A stretch of DNA of 64,000 nucleotides from NCBI GenBank assembly GCA_965644315.1, contig CBFFRQ010000081.1, forward strand, positions 442,257 through 506,256, given 5' to 3'. The notes beneath the pieces are model-generated. The model had not been told where the DNA came from. It saw nothing but the letters and a program-made list of their open reading frames with translations, and searched no databases. Shown here one piece after another: positions 1 through 10,641 of this stretch (positions are counted from its first letter, which is position 1; every line of letters begins with the position of its first letter). A program made the translations under genes and the position numbers. This DNA is from Caecitellus pseudoparvulus (taxonomy: Eukaryota > Protista > Bigyra: Bicosoecida).

Positions 1-206
1 CGGGCGGCGCCTCTGTCGCCTCTGACGCCAGCCAGGGAGACCACCTGCGTGCCAGCAGGCAGCGGGCGTCCCCCACTGGGGGGGCTCGAGGCACCTCCAC
101 CGTGGGGCGGTCCACCGGCACTGTGCGCAGCAGCCTGACGCGGGAGCTGTCAGCAGGTGCGCGGGGGGGCAGTGGCGGCGGCGGCGGGGGCGGGCAGCAC
201 AAGTAG
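1..206 (+). CDS. 3' end of an unidentified low-complexity protein gene (partial, runs off the window)
   Basis: Frame 3 is open from the window edge (GGASVASDASQGDHLRAS...GGGGGGGQHK) to TAG 204-206, with the same Gly/Ala/Ser-rich style as neighbouring genes. It converges on KIN17. No domain is recognisable. Confidence 0.45.
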   Translation, partial: GGASVASDASQGDHLRASRQRASPTGGARGTSTVGRSTGTVRSSLTRELSAGARGGSGGGGGGGQHK

Positions 207-325
207 GGTGGGTGGATTTAGGTGGTGTGGCGTGGTGGGGCGCTGGGTACCCAGCCGTGTGAGTTCATTCCTTTCACCCCCCCCCCACTGGCCAATGCAT
301 AGACAGGGGTTGGTCGGCGGCCGGC

Positions 326-1736
326 TCAAGCGGCTGGCTTCACGCCGTGCTTGGTGGCCCAGGGCACGTCCCACTTGGAGAACCAGTCGTACTCCTGGTG
401 GTGCAGGGTGGGGGGGGGTGCACCCCCCTCCCCGGCACCCCCCAGGCACTGCAGCGTGGCGCAGAACTTGTCCTGGTGCAGGGCGGTGACCTTGGCCAGG
501 CGGCCCTTGTGGGGGCCTGCCACCAGCGCCACCACGCCGCCGGGTCGCGGCACGACGCTCTCCAGCTTGGGCAGCGGCACGACGAGGCAGGCCTTGCCGC
601 CTGTCGGGCGCAGAACGCGCACCTTGGCAGAGGGGGGGGCGCCGCCCTGCCCCGGCACCACGCCCACCACGGTGCCCTTGGCCTTGTACCAGGCCCCCCC
701 CTCCAGGGACTTGGACAGGATCTTCACGATGATGCCACGCATGAGCCAGGAGGGGGTGGAGGGGGGGGGGGGTGCGGACCCCCCCTCCTCTGGCTTCTCC
801 TGTGCACGCTGGGCAGGGGGGCGGCTAGCAATCTGCAGTGAGCTGCCGCTGCTGGCGGCGGGGGTGTGCCCCCCCCTCCCCCAGCGGGATGCCCGGGAGG
901 GGGGGGGAGGGGGGGCCACATCCACATCCTCCTCCTCCTCCTCCTCGCCGAAGCCGGCTGCCGCCACTGGAGCCATGGGCTGCCCCTGTGCCGCGGCTGG
1001 CGCTGCGCTGGCTGATGCAGGGGCAGCCGAGGGCAGTGTGAGGGTGAGGGCACCCCCCCCCTGCCCCCCCTCCGCCAGCGCCGTGGCAGCTGCAGCAGTG
1101 CCCTTGCCACCTCCCGCCGCCGCCGCCGCCGACGCGGCGAGGTCTGCCAGCTCCTGGGCCCGCTTGCTCTCCCCGCGCCGCTCACGGGCAAGGGCCTTGG
1201 CCTTGGCCTCCTCCCGCCGCTTGGCGTCGTCGGAGTGGTCCACCCACGCCAGCCACCACCCCCGCTCATCCTCCCGTACACGGCACTTGCCCGTGCGGCC
1301 CAGGTACTTGACGAAGGCAGTCAGGCTCTCCCACATCGTCGCGTTCATGTGCACGTGGTGGCGGTCCTGGATGTACTCGTTGTACACGCCGTTGGCCCGC
1401 ACTTCCCGCGTGCCGAAGCGGCGCGACAGCAGCTTCGTGAAGCCCGCCTCGAACTCCTTGCTCCAGTCGTCCATGAAGGAGCTGGGGTTGGAGGCGAACA
1501 GGGACGCCTGCCGGCGGTGGCTCTCCGACGCCACGTGGCATTTGAAGCCGTTGGCGTCCCGGCACCTGCGCAAGGGGGGGGAGGGAGGGGCAGGCACTGA
1601 GCCACCTGCGCCAGAGGCTGAGGCAGCAAGCGCCGCACTGTTTCTGGCACAGCTGGCAGTAAAAGCGCAGCTTCTGCAGGCCCTTGGCCTTCCACGCGTT
1701 GGCGATGGCCTTGGGCCCTGACGTCGCCTTGGGCAT
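326..1736 (-). CDS. KIN17: DNA/RNA-binding protein KIN17 (C2H2 zinc finger, winged-helix, C-terminal KOW/SH3-like); exons 1736-1639 and 1565-326
   Basis: Spliced product MPKATSGPKAIANAWKAKGLQKLRFYCQLCQKQ/CRDANGFKCHVASESHRRQ...HVHMNATMWESLTAFVKYLGRTGKC is the hallmark KIN17 N-terminus. A 73-nt intron (1638-1566, GTGCGG...GCGCAG) restores the frame. Confidence 0.95.
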
Positions 1737-1960
1737 GGCTGAGGTGTGCCTGCCTGCGGAGCTTGGGCAAGGGCTGGCACGGCACAGTGCCCCTCGGGCA
1801 CCACACTCCCAAGCCCCCACCTCGTCACGGGTGGAGCCACAGCGCCCTGCACGCGTGACGCGTCGCTGTCGCGTGCTGGCTGGACGGTGGCGGCTGGGGA
1901 TTTGGCGCGCGGGGAGCACCTGTGCACGGTGCACAGTTTCGCCTGCGTTTCGGACTCCCC

Positions 1961-2224
1961 ATGGACCGCGTGACGCTGCGTGCGCTGGGTGTGGGTGCCG
2001 CGGCAGGGCTGTTCGCAGGGGCTGGCCTGGAGGTGTTCATGGTCACGACAGGGTTCTACAAGGTGGCCGCGCGCAAGCAAGCTGAGCACCGGGTGGAGGA
2101 CAAGACCATGCTGGCCGACGCAGCAGCGGCACGGCGGCAGCGCCTCGCAGCCCTGCGGCCTCAGCAGCCGCCGAGGGGGGGCAGTGCCAGCAGTCCTGAC
2201 CACCCTCAAGCCCATGAACGGTGA
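1961..2224 (+). CDS. Small single-TM mitochondrial protein, UQCC5/SMIM4 (UPF0640)-like, 87 aa
   Basis: MDRVTLRALGVGAAAGLFAGAGLEVFMVTTGFYKVAARKQAEHR: a hydrophobic helix followed by a GA-x-E-x-FM-x-x-TGFY motif, recalled from the SMIM4/UQCC5 family (no search run). Confidence 0.6.
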   Translation: MDRVTLRALGVGAAAGLFAGAGLEVFMVTTGFYKVAARKQAEHRVEDKTMLADAAAARRQRLAALRPQQPPRGGSASSPDHPQAHER

Positions 2225-2343
2225 GCCTGTGCCAGGCGCCCTCCGTGGCGAAGGCTGGGTGGGCGGGCGTGGTGGCTCTGGGCAGTGCATTGTGCGGCGC
2301 ACGACGCCAGAGCAGGCGGTGGAGCGTGGGACAGTGGCAGGGT

Positions 2344-2712
2344 TTACTGGGCGTAGACGCCCGCGGCGGCTGCCTGTGCCACAGCGGCCTCAGCCTGTGC
2401 GTTGGCCTGGGCGATGAGCGCCTGCTCCCTCAGGTGGTAGCCCTTCCACACGGCGCCGCCGATGAGGCCGAGGCCGAGGCCTGGGGAAGAGGAAAGGGGG
2501 GTGAGAGGGGTGGCAAATGAGTGACGAGGGGGGCAGGCGGCGGCCAATGCATGGCGGTGACGGGGGCGGGAAGCGGGGGAGTGCAGCGCGGAAATCGGGG
2601 CACCATCACGAGCACACCAAGCACATCACGCACCGATGGCCATGTCCTTGAAGAGACCCCCCTGCAGGGCCTTGATGGCTGCCTTGCCGTACACACCGCT
2701 GTGGGCTGGCAT
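2344..2712 (-). CDS. Cytochrome c oxidase small subunit, plant COX5C / COX6C / Cox9-like, 71 aa; exons 2712-2634 and 2480-2344
   Basis: Spliced product MPAHSGVYGKAAIKALQGGLFKDMAIGLGLGLIGGAVWKGYHLREQALIAQ... resembles the plant COX5C pattern K-E/D-x-x-IGLxLGLxxGGxWKxxHxxEQ. CCACCATG start. A 153-nt intron (2633-2481, GTGCGT...CCCCAG) gives an exact 216-nt CDS. Confidence 0.75.
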
Positions 2713-3236
2713 GGTGGTGGCGCCTGGGGGGAGGGGCGGGCAGCGGAGGGTGTGAGGGTGCGGGAGAGCGGGAACCCGCACGGCGCGCCGGACGCACGGA
2801 GGGAAGGGAAGACACAGTCACAGAGCGGGCAGGCAGTCTGCAGTGGTGTGATGCGGTAACGTTCGCGTGTGGCATTTGTGGTGCTGGCCCGACTTTGCTG
2901 CGGGGTGGGGGCCCAGGCAGAGACGGGCAGGGTGGCGCAGTGGTGGAAGGGGTGTGTGCCTGGGCCAGTGCCACGCGCCACACAATCCCACTGCCAGCCA
3001 GCCCAGACCGCAGGAGGGGGGGGCACCGCATCGTTTGGCCTTGCCCTCAATCGGGAGCCAAGGCTGGGCGTGGAGTGCTGGTGTGCTGGCCGTGCTGCGG
3101 GCCAGGCCCTGCGTTTCGCCACCAGCAGCCGCCGGCCTGCGAAACGCTGGCCAGCGGCACCCACCGGCAGTCGGGCAGGGCGGCGCAGGGCGGCGCAGAG
3201 CGCCACGCTGTGCAGGGCCACAGCCACCTGCCCAGC

Positions 3237-5829
3237 ATGGACAGCCCCAACGTGTCGGTGGTGTGCCGTGTGCGCCCCCTGCTGGGCAGCGAGGTGCGGG
3301 GGCAGCCCTCCGTGCTGGTGGCGCAGGGCAACGCCGTGCAGTGCTTCGACGACGGGCGGCACAGCGTGCCGAAGGGCGGCCCCTTTGCCTTTGACGCGGT
3401 GTACGGGCCGGATGCGGGTCAGGAGGCGCTATTCGAAGGCGTGCGCCCCATCATCGCGGGGGTCATGCAGGGGTACAACGGCACTGTCTTTGCGTACGGG
3501 CAGACGGCCAGCGGCAAGACCCACACCATCATGGGGGGGGACATCTTCGACCACCGGTCAGCGGGCATCCTGCCGCGTGCCGTGGCCGCCATCTTCCAGC
3601 TGGTGGAGGCGGCGCCGGAGCACATGGAGTTCACGCTCAAGGTCAGCGCGCTGGAGATTTACATGGAGCGCATCCGAGACCTGCTGGCGCCGGCGCGCAA
3701 CAACCTGCCCATCCGGCAGGACGACATGCGCGGCATTTTCGTGGAGGGCGCGCGGGAGGAGTACGTCGCGACGCCTGACGAGGTGATGGGCATCCTGGCG
3801 GAGGCGGTGGCGAACCGGGCCGTGGCGGCCACCGGCATGAACGCGGGGTCCTCCCGCTCCCACGCCGTGCTGACCATGACGGTGGCAGCGCGGGACACGG
3901 CCGCCAACGACGGCGTGCGCTGCGGCAAGTTGAACATCGTGGACTTGGCGGGCAGCGAGAGCCTGCGCCGCAGCCTGGCGACGGGGCAGACGGCGGCAGA
4001 GGCTCGTATCATCAACAGGTCCCTGTCTGCGCTGGGCAACGTCATTTACGCGCTGACAGGCGGCGGCGGTGGCGGCGGTGGGGGTGGCGGGCCCCGGCGC
4101 ACACCCCCCGTCAGCGGTCGGGCCGCCACCCCCCTCTCCCTGCCCACGCCCAGCGCCAGTGACGGCGCCGAGTGGGACCGGGGCAGCGTCGTGTCCACGG
4201 GCACCGCCACCAGCTCCGCCACCCGGCGCCGGACGGGGCGCCACATCCCCTACCGTGACTCCAAGCTCACGCGCCTGCTGCAGGATGCGCTGGGCGGCAA
4301 CGCCCGCACACTGCTGGTGGTGTGTGTGTCACCCACCCGGGCGTGCCTGTCGGAGACGCTGAGCACGCTGCGCTTCGGGGAACGCGCGAAACGCATCAAG
4401 AACACGGCCACCGTGAACAAAATCCGCACCGCCAAGGAAATGGCAGTGCTGCTGGGCAAGGCAGAGGCAGCCATCGACGCACAGGCAGTGCTCATCGCCG
4501 CACTGCAGCAGCAAATCCACGTGCTGCAGGCGGCAGGGGCGTCTCCCAGCCCGCCTTCCCCAGCCAGCAGTGCGGCGGGGGGGGAAGGCGGGCGTGACAC
4601 CCCCCCCCGGGACCTGGCCGCCGCCGGGCCCGTGACGCACACACCCCACCCCCGGCGTGCCTCCGTCGCGGCAGAGGACGCCCGGGAGGTCATCCTCCTG
4701 CGGCGCCAGGTGCGCGCCTTGAAGGAGCGCCTGGACGACGCCCGAGCCGAGCTGGGCGAGCGGGGGCAGGAGGTGACGTCCCTGTCAGCGTCCTTGGCCC
4801 AGGCAGACGCCCTGGCCGCCTCCCTCAGACGCCAGGTGGCGGCCCTGCAGGGGGGCGGCCGGGCAGGTGCGCTCGATGCCGGCGGGGGGGGGGAGGCCGC
4901 CCTGCAGGTGGATGCGGCGGCGGCCCAGGAGGAGGCGGAGGCTGCCTCGGCCCGTGTGCACCAGGCTGCCCTGCAGGTGGCCGCCCTGCAGCACTTGTTG
5001 GACCACAGCAGGGCTGTGGCGGCCTCTGAGGCGGCACGCCTGCTGGCTGCCGTGCGCAGGGCGGAGGCGGAGGGGGGGGTGGTGGTGGCGCCACCCCCCC
5101 CTCCGCCGCCCGCACGGGAGGCCCCCGCCGGCGGCTGGGTGGATGATGCCAGCGATGATGAGGGCGCCACGGCGCAGGTGGAGGCGCTGCGTCGCAGGGT
5201 GCAGGAGCAGGAGGAAGCACTGGTCCATGCGGAGGGGCAGGTGACATCGGTGCGTACGCCGCAGCCGCGCCACACACACACACACATGCACACACAAGCA
5301 CGCTGTCGGCCCCTTCCCCCGCAGGCCCTCATGCTGCATCGGCAGATGAGTCGCAAGTACGCCATGATGGAGGCAGAGCATGCGCGGGTGGTGTCTCTGC
5401 TGGGCGACCGCGACGCCCGCATCCGGACACTGCAGGCGTCCACCGCACAGTGGGGTGCGTACGCCCCCCGCCCCCTGCCTGCCCACCACACACACACACA
5501 CACACGCACACCCGCCTCCCACCTGCGCAGCGGCGGACCTGAAGCACCTGCGCACCGCCAACGCGCAGCAGAGCTCTGCCCTGGCCAGCCTGCGCGCAGG
5601 CGGCAGCAGCGGGCAGGGCGGACGGGCGTCTGCATTCACGGAGCCGGGCGGCAGCGGGCAAGGCGGGGAGGAGGCACCCCCCTCCCCGCCCCTGGGCCGT
5701 GCCATGGTGCGGGCTGTGCGAGGCGGCATGCCCGCCCCCGGCGCGCCTGACTGGACAGAGGGGGGGGAGTCCGCCGCCGGCGGCGCGGGCGGGCGGTCCA
5801 CCCCCGATGAGGACTTGCTCCTTTTATAA
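3237..5829 (+). CDS. Kinesin heavy chain (kinesin-1-like N-terminal motor plus coiled coil); exons 3237-5249, 5325-5454, 5531-5829
   Basis: Motor motifs VCRVRP, FAYGQTASGKT (P-loop), NAGSSRSH (switch I), DLAGSE (switch II), HIPYRDSKLTRLLQDALGGN, plus a KHC-like neck KNTATVN. Introns 5250-5324 and 5455-5530 (GTGCGT...GCAG). An alternative in-frame donor at 5241 is possible. Confidence 0.9.
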
Positions 5830-5864
5830 TGTACCTCACATGCCACTGCCACTGCTGGGCGTGC

Positions 5865-7589
5865 TCAGAGCTTGTCGGCGGCGCCCTCCCGGGGCAGCGC
5901 CGCCACTGCCCGCCGCATGCGGGCGGCGTGCTGGTCGGCCTGGGACAGCACCGTGCGGCTGCGGTGCACCTCGGCAGCGCGGGCGGCAGCGGAGATGTCG
6001 GCGAACCAGGCAGCATGCGCCTTGCGTGTGGCCTCCCAGGCCTCGTTCATCCTCGTCAGCTGGTTGCCCAGCAGCTCCTTCACAGCGTCGCGCAGGTGCT
6101 CGACGCTGGCGCCGTCAGGCGGCGGGGCGGCGTCCGCCTCAGCTGGCGGTGCAGCGCTGGGTTTGGACGCCTCGACGCACGCCGCCAGCTGGGCGTGCAG
6201 GGCGTTGATGGCAGCCTCCACCTCCTCGAAGAAGCGCTCGTCCACAGACGCCTTCTCGCCGAAGGCTGTCCGCAGCTCTGTGTCGTACAGGTCCAGCATG
6301 GCCTCTGCGTGGCCTGCTGCCGCCTCGGCACCGGCCCGCAGGGCGCGCGCCATCTCCTCTGTCGCCGCCTGCAGGTGGGGGCCAGGGACGGAGCGCTCAC
6401 CGTGCGAGTCGCCGCGCGCCGCGGCTTTCACCTGCCTCGCGTGCTGCGCAATGAGGGCCTTGGCGGCGGCGTCGCTGTCGGCGGCCAGCACGCCCATGGC
6501 CGCGGCAAAGTGGTGCCCCTCCTGTGTGATGGCGGCGCCAGCTGCCAGGCCTCCACTGCGGTACGCCGCCGCCGCCTCCTGCACCAGCTGCTGGAAGTCT
6601 GTCATGAGTGTGAGGGCGCCTGGGACGCCGCGCAGGCTGGCCCACAGCGGGTCCCCCACCGTGATGCGGTGGGGCAGGGTGGCAGCGGCGCGGCAGTTGG
6701 CAGCCGCCAAGGCCGCCTCGTCAGCCTGCGCGGCGTCAGCGTCAGACGCAGCGACGCGCAGCGCCTTGGCGTCCTCCTGCAGGCGGCGCACGTCGTCGGC
6801 TGCGATGGCGTTGTCCTTGACGGCTTGCCGCTCTGCGGGCGTGACGCTGGAGAAGTCCAGGTTGACGAGCTGGGGGCAGTACGCGACGACGATGAGGCGG
6901 TAGTCCGTCTCGGCCGTGAGGGGGTTGCCTGCCAGGTTCAGCACTCGCAGGGCGGCGCTGTGGTGCAGGGGCGCCACCTCCTTCAGGCTGGCCAGGCGGT
7001 TGCTGCCGAGGGACAGCACCTCCAGCTGGCGCAGGGCCTGCACGCCCTGCAAGTGCTGAATGCGGTTGCCTGTCAGGACGAGGTCTGTGAGGGCTGTGAG
7101 GGAGTCCAGGCCTTCAATGACCTCAATGCGGTTGAAGGAGAGGTCTGCGTGGGGGGGGAGCGGGGGCACCGCGCGTGCGCCTGCTGGCACATGCCACGCG
7201 CCTGCGCCGAGTCAACGCACCCAGCCAACGCAGCCTGACCAAGCTCGTCAGGCCCTCGATGCGGGGCAGCATGTTGTTGTCCACGTACAGCGTGTGCAGG
7301 GACGTCAGGTCGTCCAGGTTGGCAAGGCGCTGGATGCCTGTGCGTGGCCGCGGCGTGCGTGCAGCGTGCGGCGTGCGTGCAGCGTGTGCGCGGCGATTTC
7401 CGCACCTTTGAAGGACAGCCGCAGCTCCTGCACTTCCCGCAAGGGCGTCGGCTCCCACGTGCTGTAGTCAATGTGTTCATCTGTGTGCCGCTCCGTCTCG
7501 GCTTCTCGGATGGCTGCTTCGATCATGGCACCGTGAATGGCTTCCCCCTCCCGGGGGTCGTGCCTCGGCACCTGCCCACCCACCAACAT
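5865..7589 (-). CDS. DRC3: Dynein regulatory complex subunit 3 (LRRC48), SDS22-type LRRs plus coiled coil; exons 7589-7406, 7337-7221, 7144-5865
   Basis: Spliced LRR series LRLSFKGIQRLANL..LYVDNNMLPRIEGL..LRWLDLSFNRIEVIEGL..LEVLSLGSNRL..LNLAGNPL..YRLIVVAYCPQLVNLDF matches the DRC3/LRRC48 layout. Introns 7405-7338 (68 nt) and 7220-7145 (76 nt), both GTGCG...CAG. Confidence 0.8.
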
Positions 7590-7733
7590 GCCGCCGCGAA
7601 ACCCTGCACGTGTGCCACACGCAGCGTGGCGCTGCCTTGCCGGGCACACACAGGCGCGCGCCGTGTGCCTGCCTGAAGCGATGCATTGAACGGGTTGTGG
7701 CGCACAGCGTGGGGGTGCGCCGGCACCCCTGGC

Positions 7734-10255
7734 TCACGCCCGGGGCGCCTTGCTGGCGCTGGTGCCCTTGGCGCCGCTGAGGGGCCGCTTGCGCCCCCGC
7801 CGCCCGCCACGGCCACCCTCCTCCTCCTCCGCCTCCTCCGCCTCCTCCTCCCCCTCCCCAGCAATCAACTCCTCCAGCGTCTGCCCTCGCTCCCGCTGGA
7901 TGCGCTCCAGCTGCGTGCGCTGGCTGCGCGTCAGCCGGGCGCCGCTCTTGGCGATGGCGATGACCTTCGCGTCTTCGCTGCTGGTGCTGTGAGCGGGGGG
8001 GGCAGCGGCAGGCGCAGTGCCGCCACCCGGTGCACCTGGCGGTGGCGCGCCCCCCTGCCCTGCACCGGGTGCGCCCCCCTCCCCTGCCGCCGCCGGCGCA
8101 CCCTGTGGCAGGGCAGCGCCCTCCCCCAGGCCACCAGGGGCAGGGGCTTTGGGCTGTGACGGCTGGGCGGCGGGAGCGCCACCGGGGCGGGAGTCTGCCC
8201 GGATGATGTCCGTGTAGTACTTCCAGAACTGCTGCCAGCCGTAGATGTACCAGTTCTCGTGCAGCTGGATGTTGCTGGGGCCGATGCTCCACTCGAAGTA
8301 GAACTCCGAGGCGACGGGGACGACGGGGGCGTGCCCTGCCCCACTGCCGCCGGCGGCACCCCGGCCACTCACGGCATACTCAGCCCCTGCCCGGCCAGAG
8401 GTGCTGAGGGCATCCCCCCCTCGGCCACCGGCTGTGGGGGGGGGAGCACCGTACGGCCCTGACGGTGCGCCTGCGTGCATGTGGGCGTTGGGCAGCATGC
8501 CCACCAGCTCCCCACCCCCGGGTGCAGCGGCGGCAGGGGCGGGTGCGGCGGCGGCGGCGGGGGCAGTGCCGCCGGCGGCCGGCGCCACCCCTGCCGGGCC
8601 TGCAGCAGAGGAGTGGGGGGGCATGGAAGGGGGGGGCGCACCCCCCCCCCCTCGGGCCGCATCCACCGGCGGCGGCACAGCCGGCGGCGCCGCCGACACG
8701 CCCTGCCCCGTGAGGTCCAGGGTGAGGCCTGGGGGCGGCACGCCCACACCCCCCACATCCACCACCCCTCCTGGGGCGGCAGCCGCTGCAGGGGCGGCGG
8801 CGCCTGGTCCCCCTGCCGCCGCTGCCGCTGCCTGGGCAGGCGGCTGGGGGAGGGGGGCACCCCCTGGCCCCGCGGGGACACCGCCCTCCAGGATGTACGG
8901 CGCGGAGGGCGGCGTGGGGGGCGGGAAGCTGCCCAGGGGCTGCAGGTTGGAGCGGGAGGAGAAGTAGGGCACGGCGCCGGGGTGGGCGGAGGAGGGCGCG
9001 ACGTCCCGCAGGACGTCATCGGGGGGCGGCGGCGCCTCTTCCAGCTCCGTGGCCAGCTTCCAGCGGGGCACCTTCTTGAGGGTGTGGAAGAGCTGGATGC
9101 GGGAGACCTCCAGGACCTGGTCCCGGGCCAGCTCCAGGAACTGGCGCTTGCCGCGCAGGTACACGTGCACCATGCAGGTGTGGGGGGAGGGCGGGTCGAA
9201 GCGGATGGGCCAGCCCGTCACGACGAAGTAGCGGTTCATCTGCATGATGGTGCTGCGCATCTTGTTGGTGCGGGCGGCGAAGGTCATGAGGTTGCTCTCC
9301 AGCGCCCACCGCGCGGAGATCTCGTAGGGCAGGGACGTGTACACGTTGCCGCCCATGCGGCGCTGCCAGATGCGGGCGCGCTGGATGAAGGAGTGGTTGC
9401 CCAGCAGCATGGCGCCCGCCATGGCGCCCAGCCCCTTGTAGAAGCACACGTACACGCTGTCGAAGAGGGAGCAGATCTCCGGCCAGTCCCGCTGGTAGTA
9501 CGCCTGCGCCTCCCACAGCCGGGCGCCGTCCAGGTGCAGGCGGATGCCGCGCTCCCTGCACCAGCGGGAGATGGCCACGACGTCTTCCCACGCCACGCAG
9601 GCGCCGCCGTTGTAGCGCTGGGGCAGCTCCAGGATCATGACGGCGCAGTCGTAGCGGAAGTTGGCCAGGGCCTGCCGCACGTCGGCTGCCGTGAGGACGC
9701 GGTTGGGGTCCCCCACCCGGATGTGCCGCATGCGCCACACGTGCTCGAAGGCGTCGTACTCGTGGTGCAGGAGGTGGGAGGAGGGGTGCAGCGCGATGAG
9801 CTTGCAGCCGTACACGTCGTCGGAGTGGATGCGCATGGCGATGAGCTGGGCCATGACGCCGGTGAGCAGGAACCTGTGGAGGGGGGGCGGTGGCGGGTGT
9901 GTGCGCCAGCGCAGCCCCTGCCGGCGGTCAGGCCCGCCACGCGGAATGCTGCCACGCCAGCACGCACAGGCCAGCCTCCTTCCCCAGCATGCGCGCCACG
10001 CGCCCCTCGAACTCGTTCAAGCCGTGCCCTGTCCCGTAAAAATCACAGTCCAGGACGCCTGCGTGGGCGGGCAGCGTGCGCCAGGCAGCGTGTGCGGCAG
10101 GCAGGGCGCTGAGGTGCGCTGTTGCCTTGCTGGGTGCCGCCGCCGCACGCACCTGACACGCTGTTGGCCGAGTCTGCCAGCGTGGCCAGCGTCTCCTCCG
10201 CCGTGCGGCGCTCAAAGGGGCTGAAGACGTCCACGACGTCAGCAGAGTGCGCCAT
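7734..10255 (-). CDS. Low-specificity L-threonine aldolase family (PLP, beta-eliminating lyase fold) with a long low-complexity insertion and tail; exons 10255-10153, 10058-9968, 9873-7734
   Basis: D-x-YG..FEGRVARMLGKEAGLFLLTGVMAQLIA, ELPQRYNGG, LHLDGARLWEA, and DSVYVCFYKGLGAMAGAML (PLP lysine). Two 94-nt introns (10152-10059, 9967-9874), both GTGCGT...CAG. Confidence 0.88.
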
Positions 10256-10641
10256 GGCTGACGTGGGGAGGGCCGTCTTGCCGCTGCTGTCCAAGCGGCG
10301 CAGGGGCCGAAACGCCTGCTGAAACGCCGTGCAAGAAAAGCAAGGCACAGGCACGACCCGGGGACAGCGGCTGCCCAGAGCAGCGAGGGGGGGCGAGCAG
10401 GCGCGAGGAGGGACTGCGTGCTGTCGAACGTGTGTGTTGTGGGGAGGGGGGCGGTGCTGTGGCCTGCGCTGCACGGGGTGCTCGCCTCCTTGCAGCAGGC
10501 ACATCTCACGGCGGCATTCAAACACAAGCACCCGCTGAGCACCGCCGGCCCAGCTGATTGACACTGCGCCCGCACGCCGTTGGCACGACTCGGCCTTGAA
10601 CAGGCTGCTCCGTTCGGCCCCCCCCCGTCCACGCTTCCACC

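Noticed and set aside
1848-1876. ACGCGT pair / hairpin in the KIN17-UQCC5 divergent promoter as an MCB-like element
   Set aside because: Six-mers of this composition are common in such GC-rich DNA and are not repeated in the other divergent promoters here.
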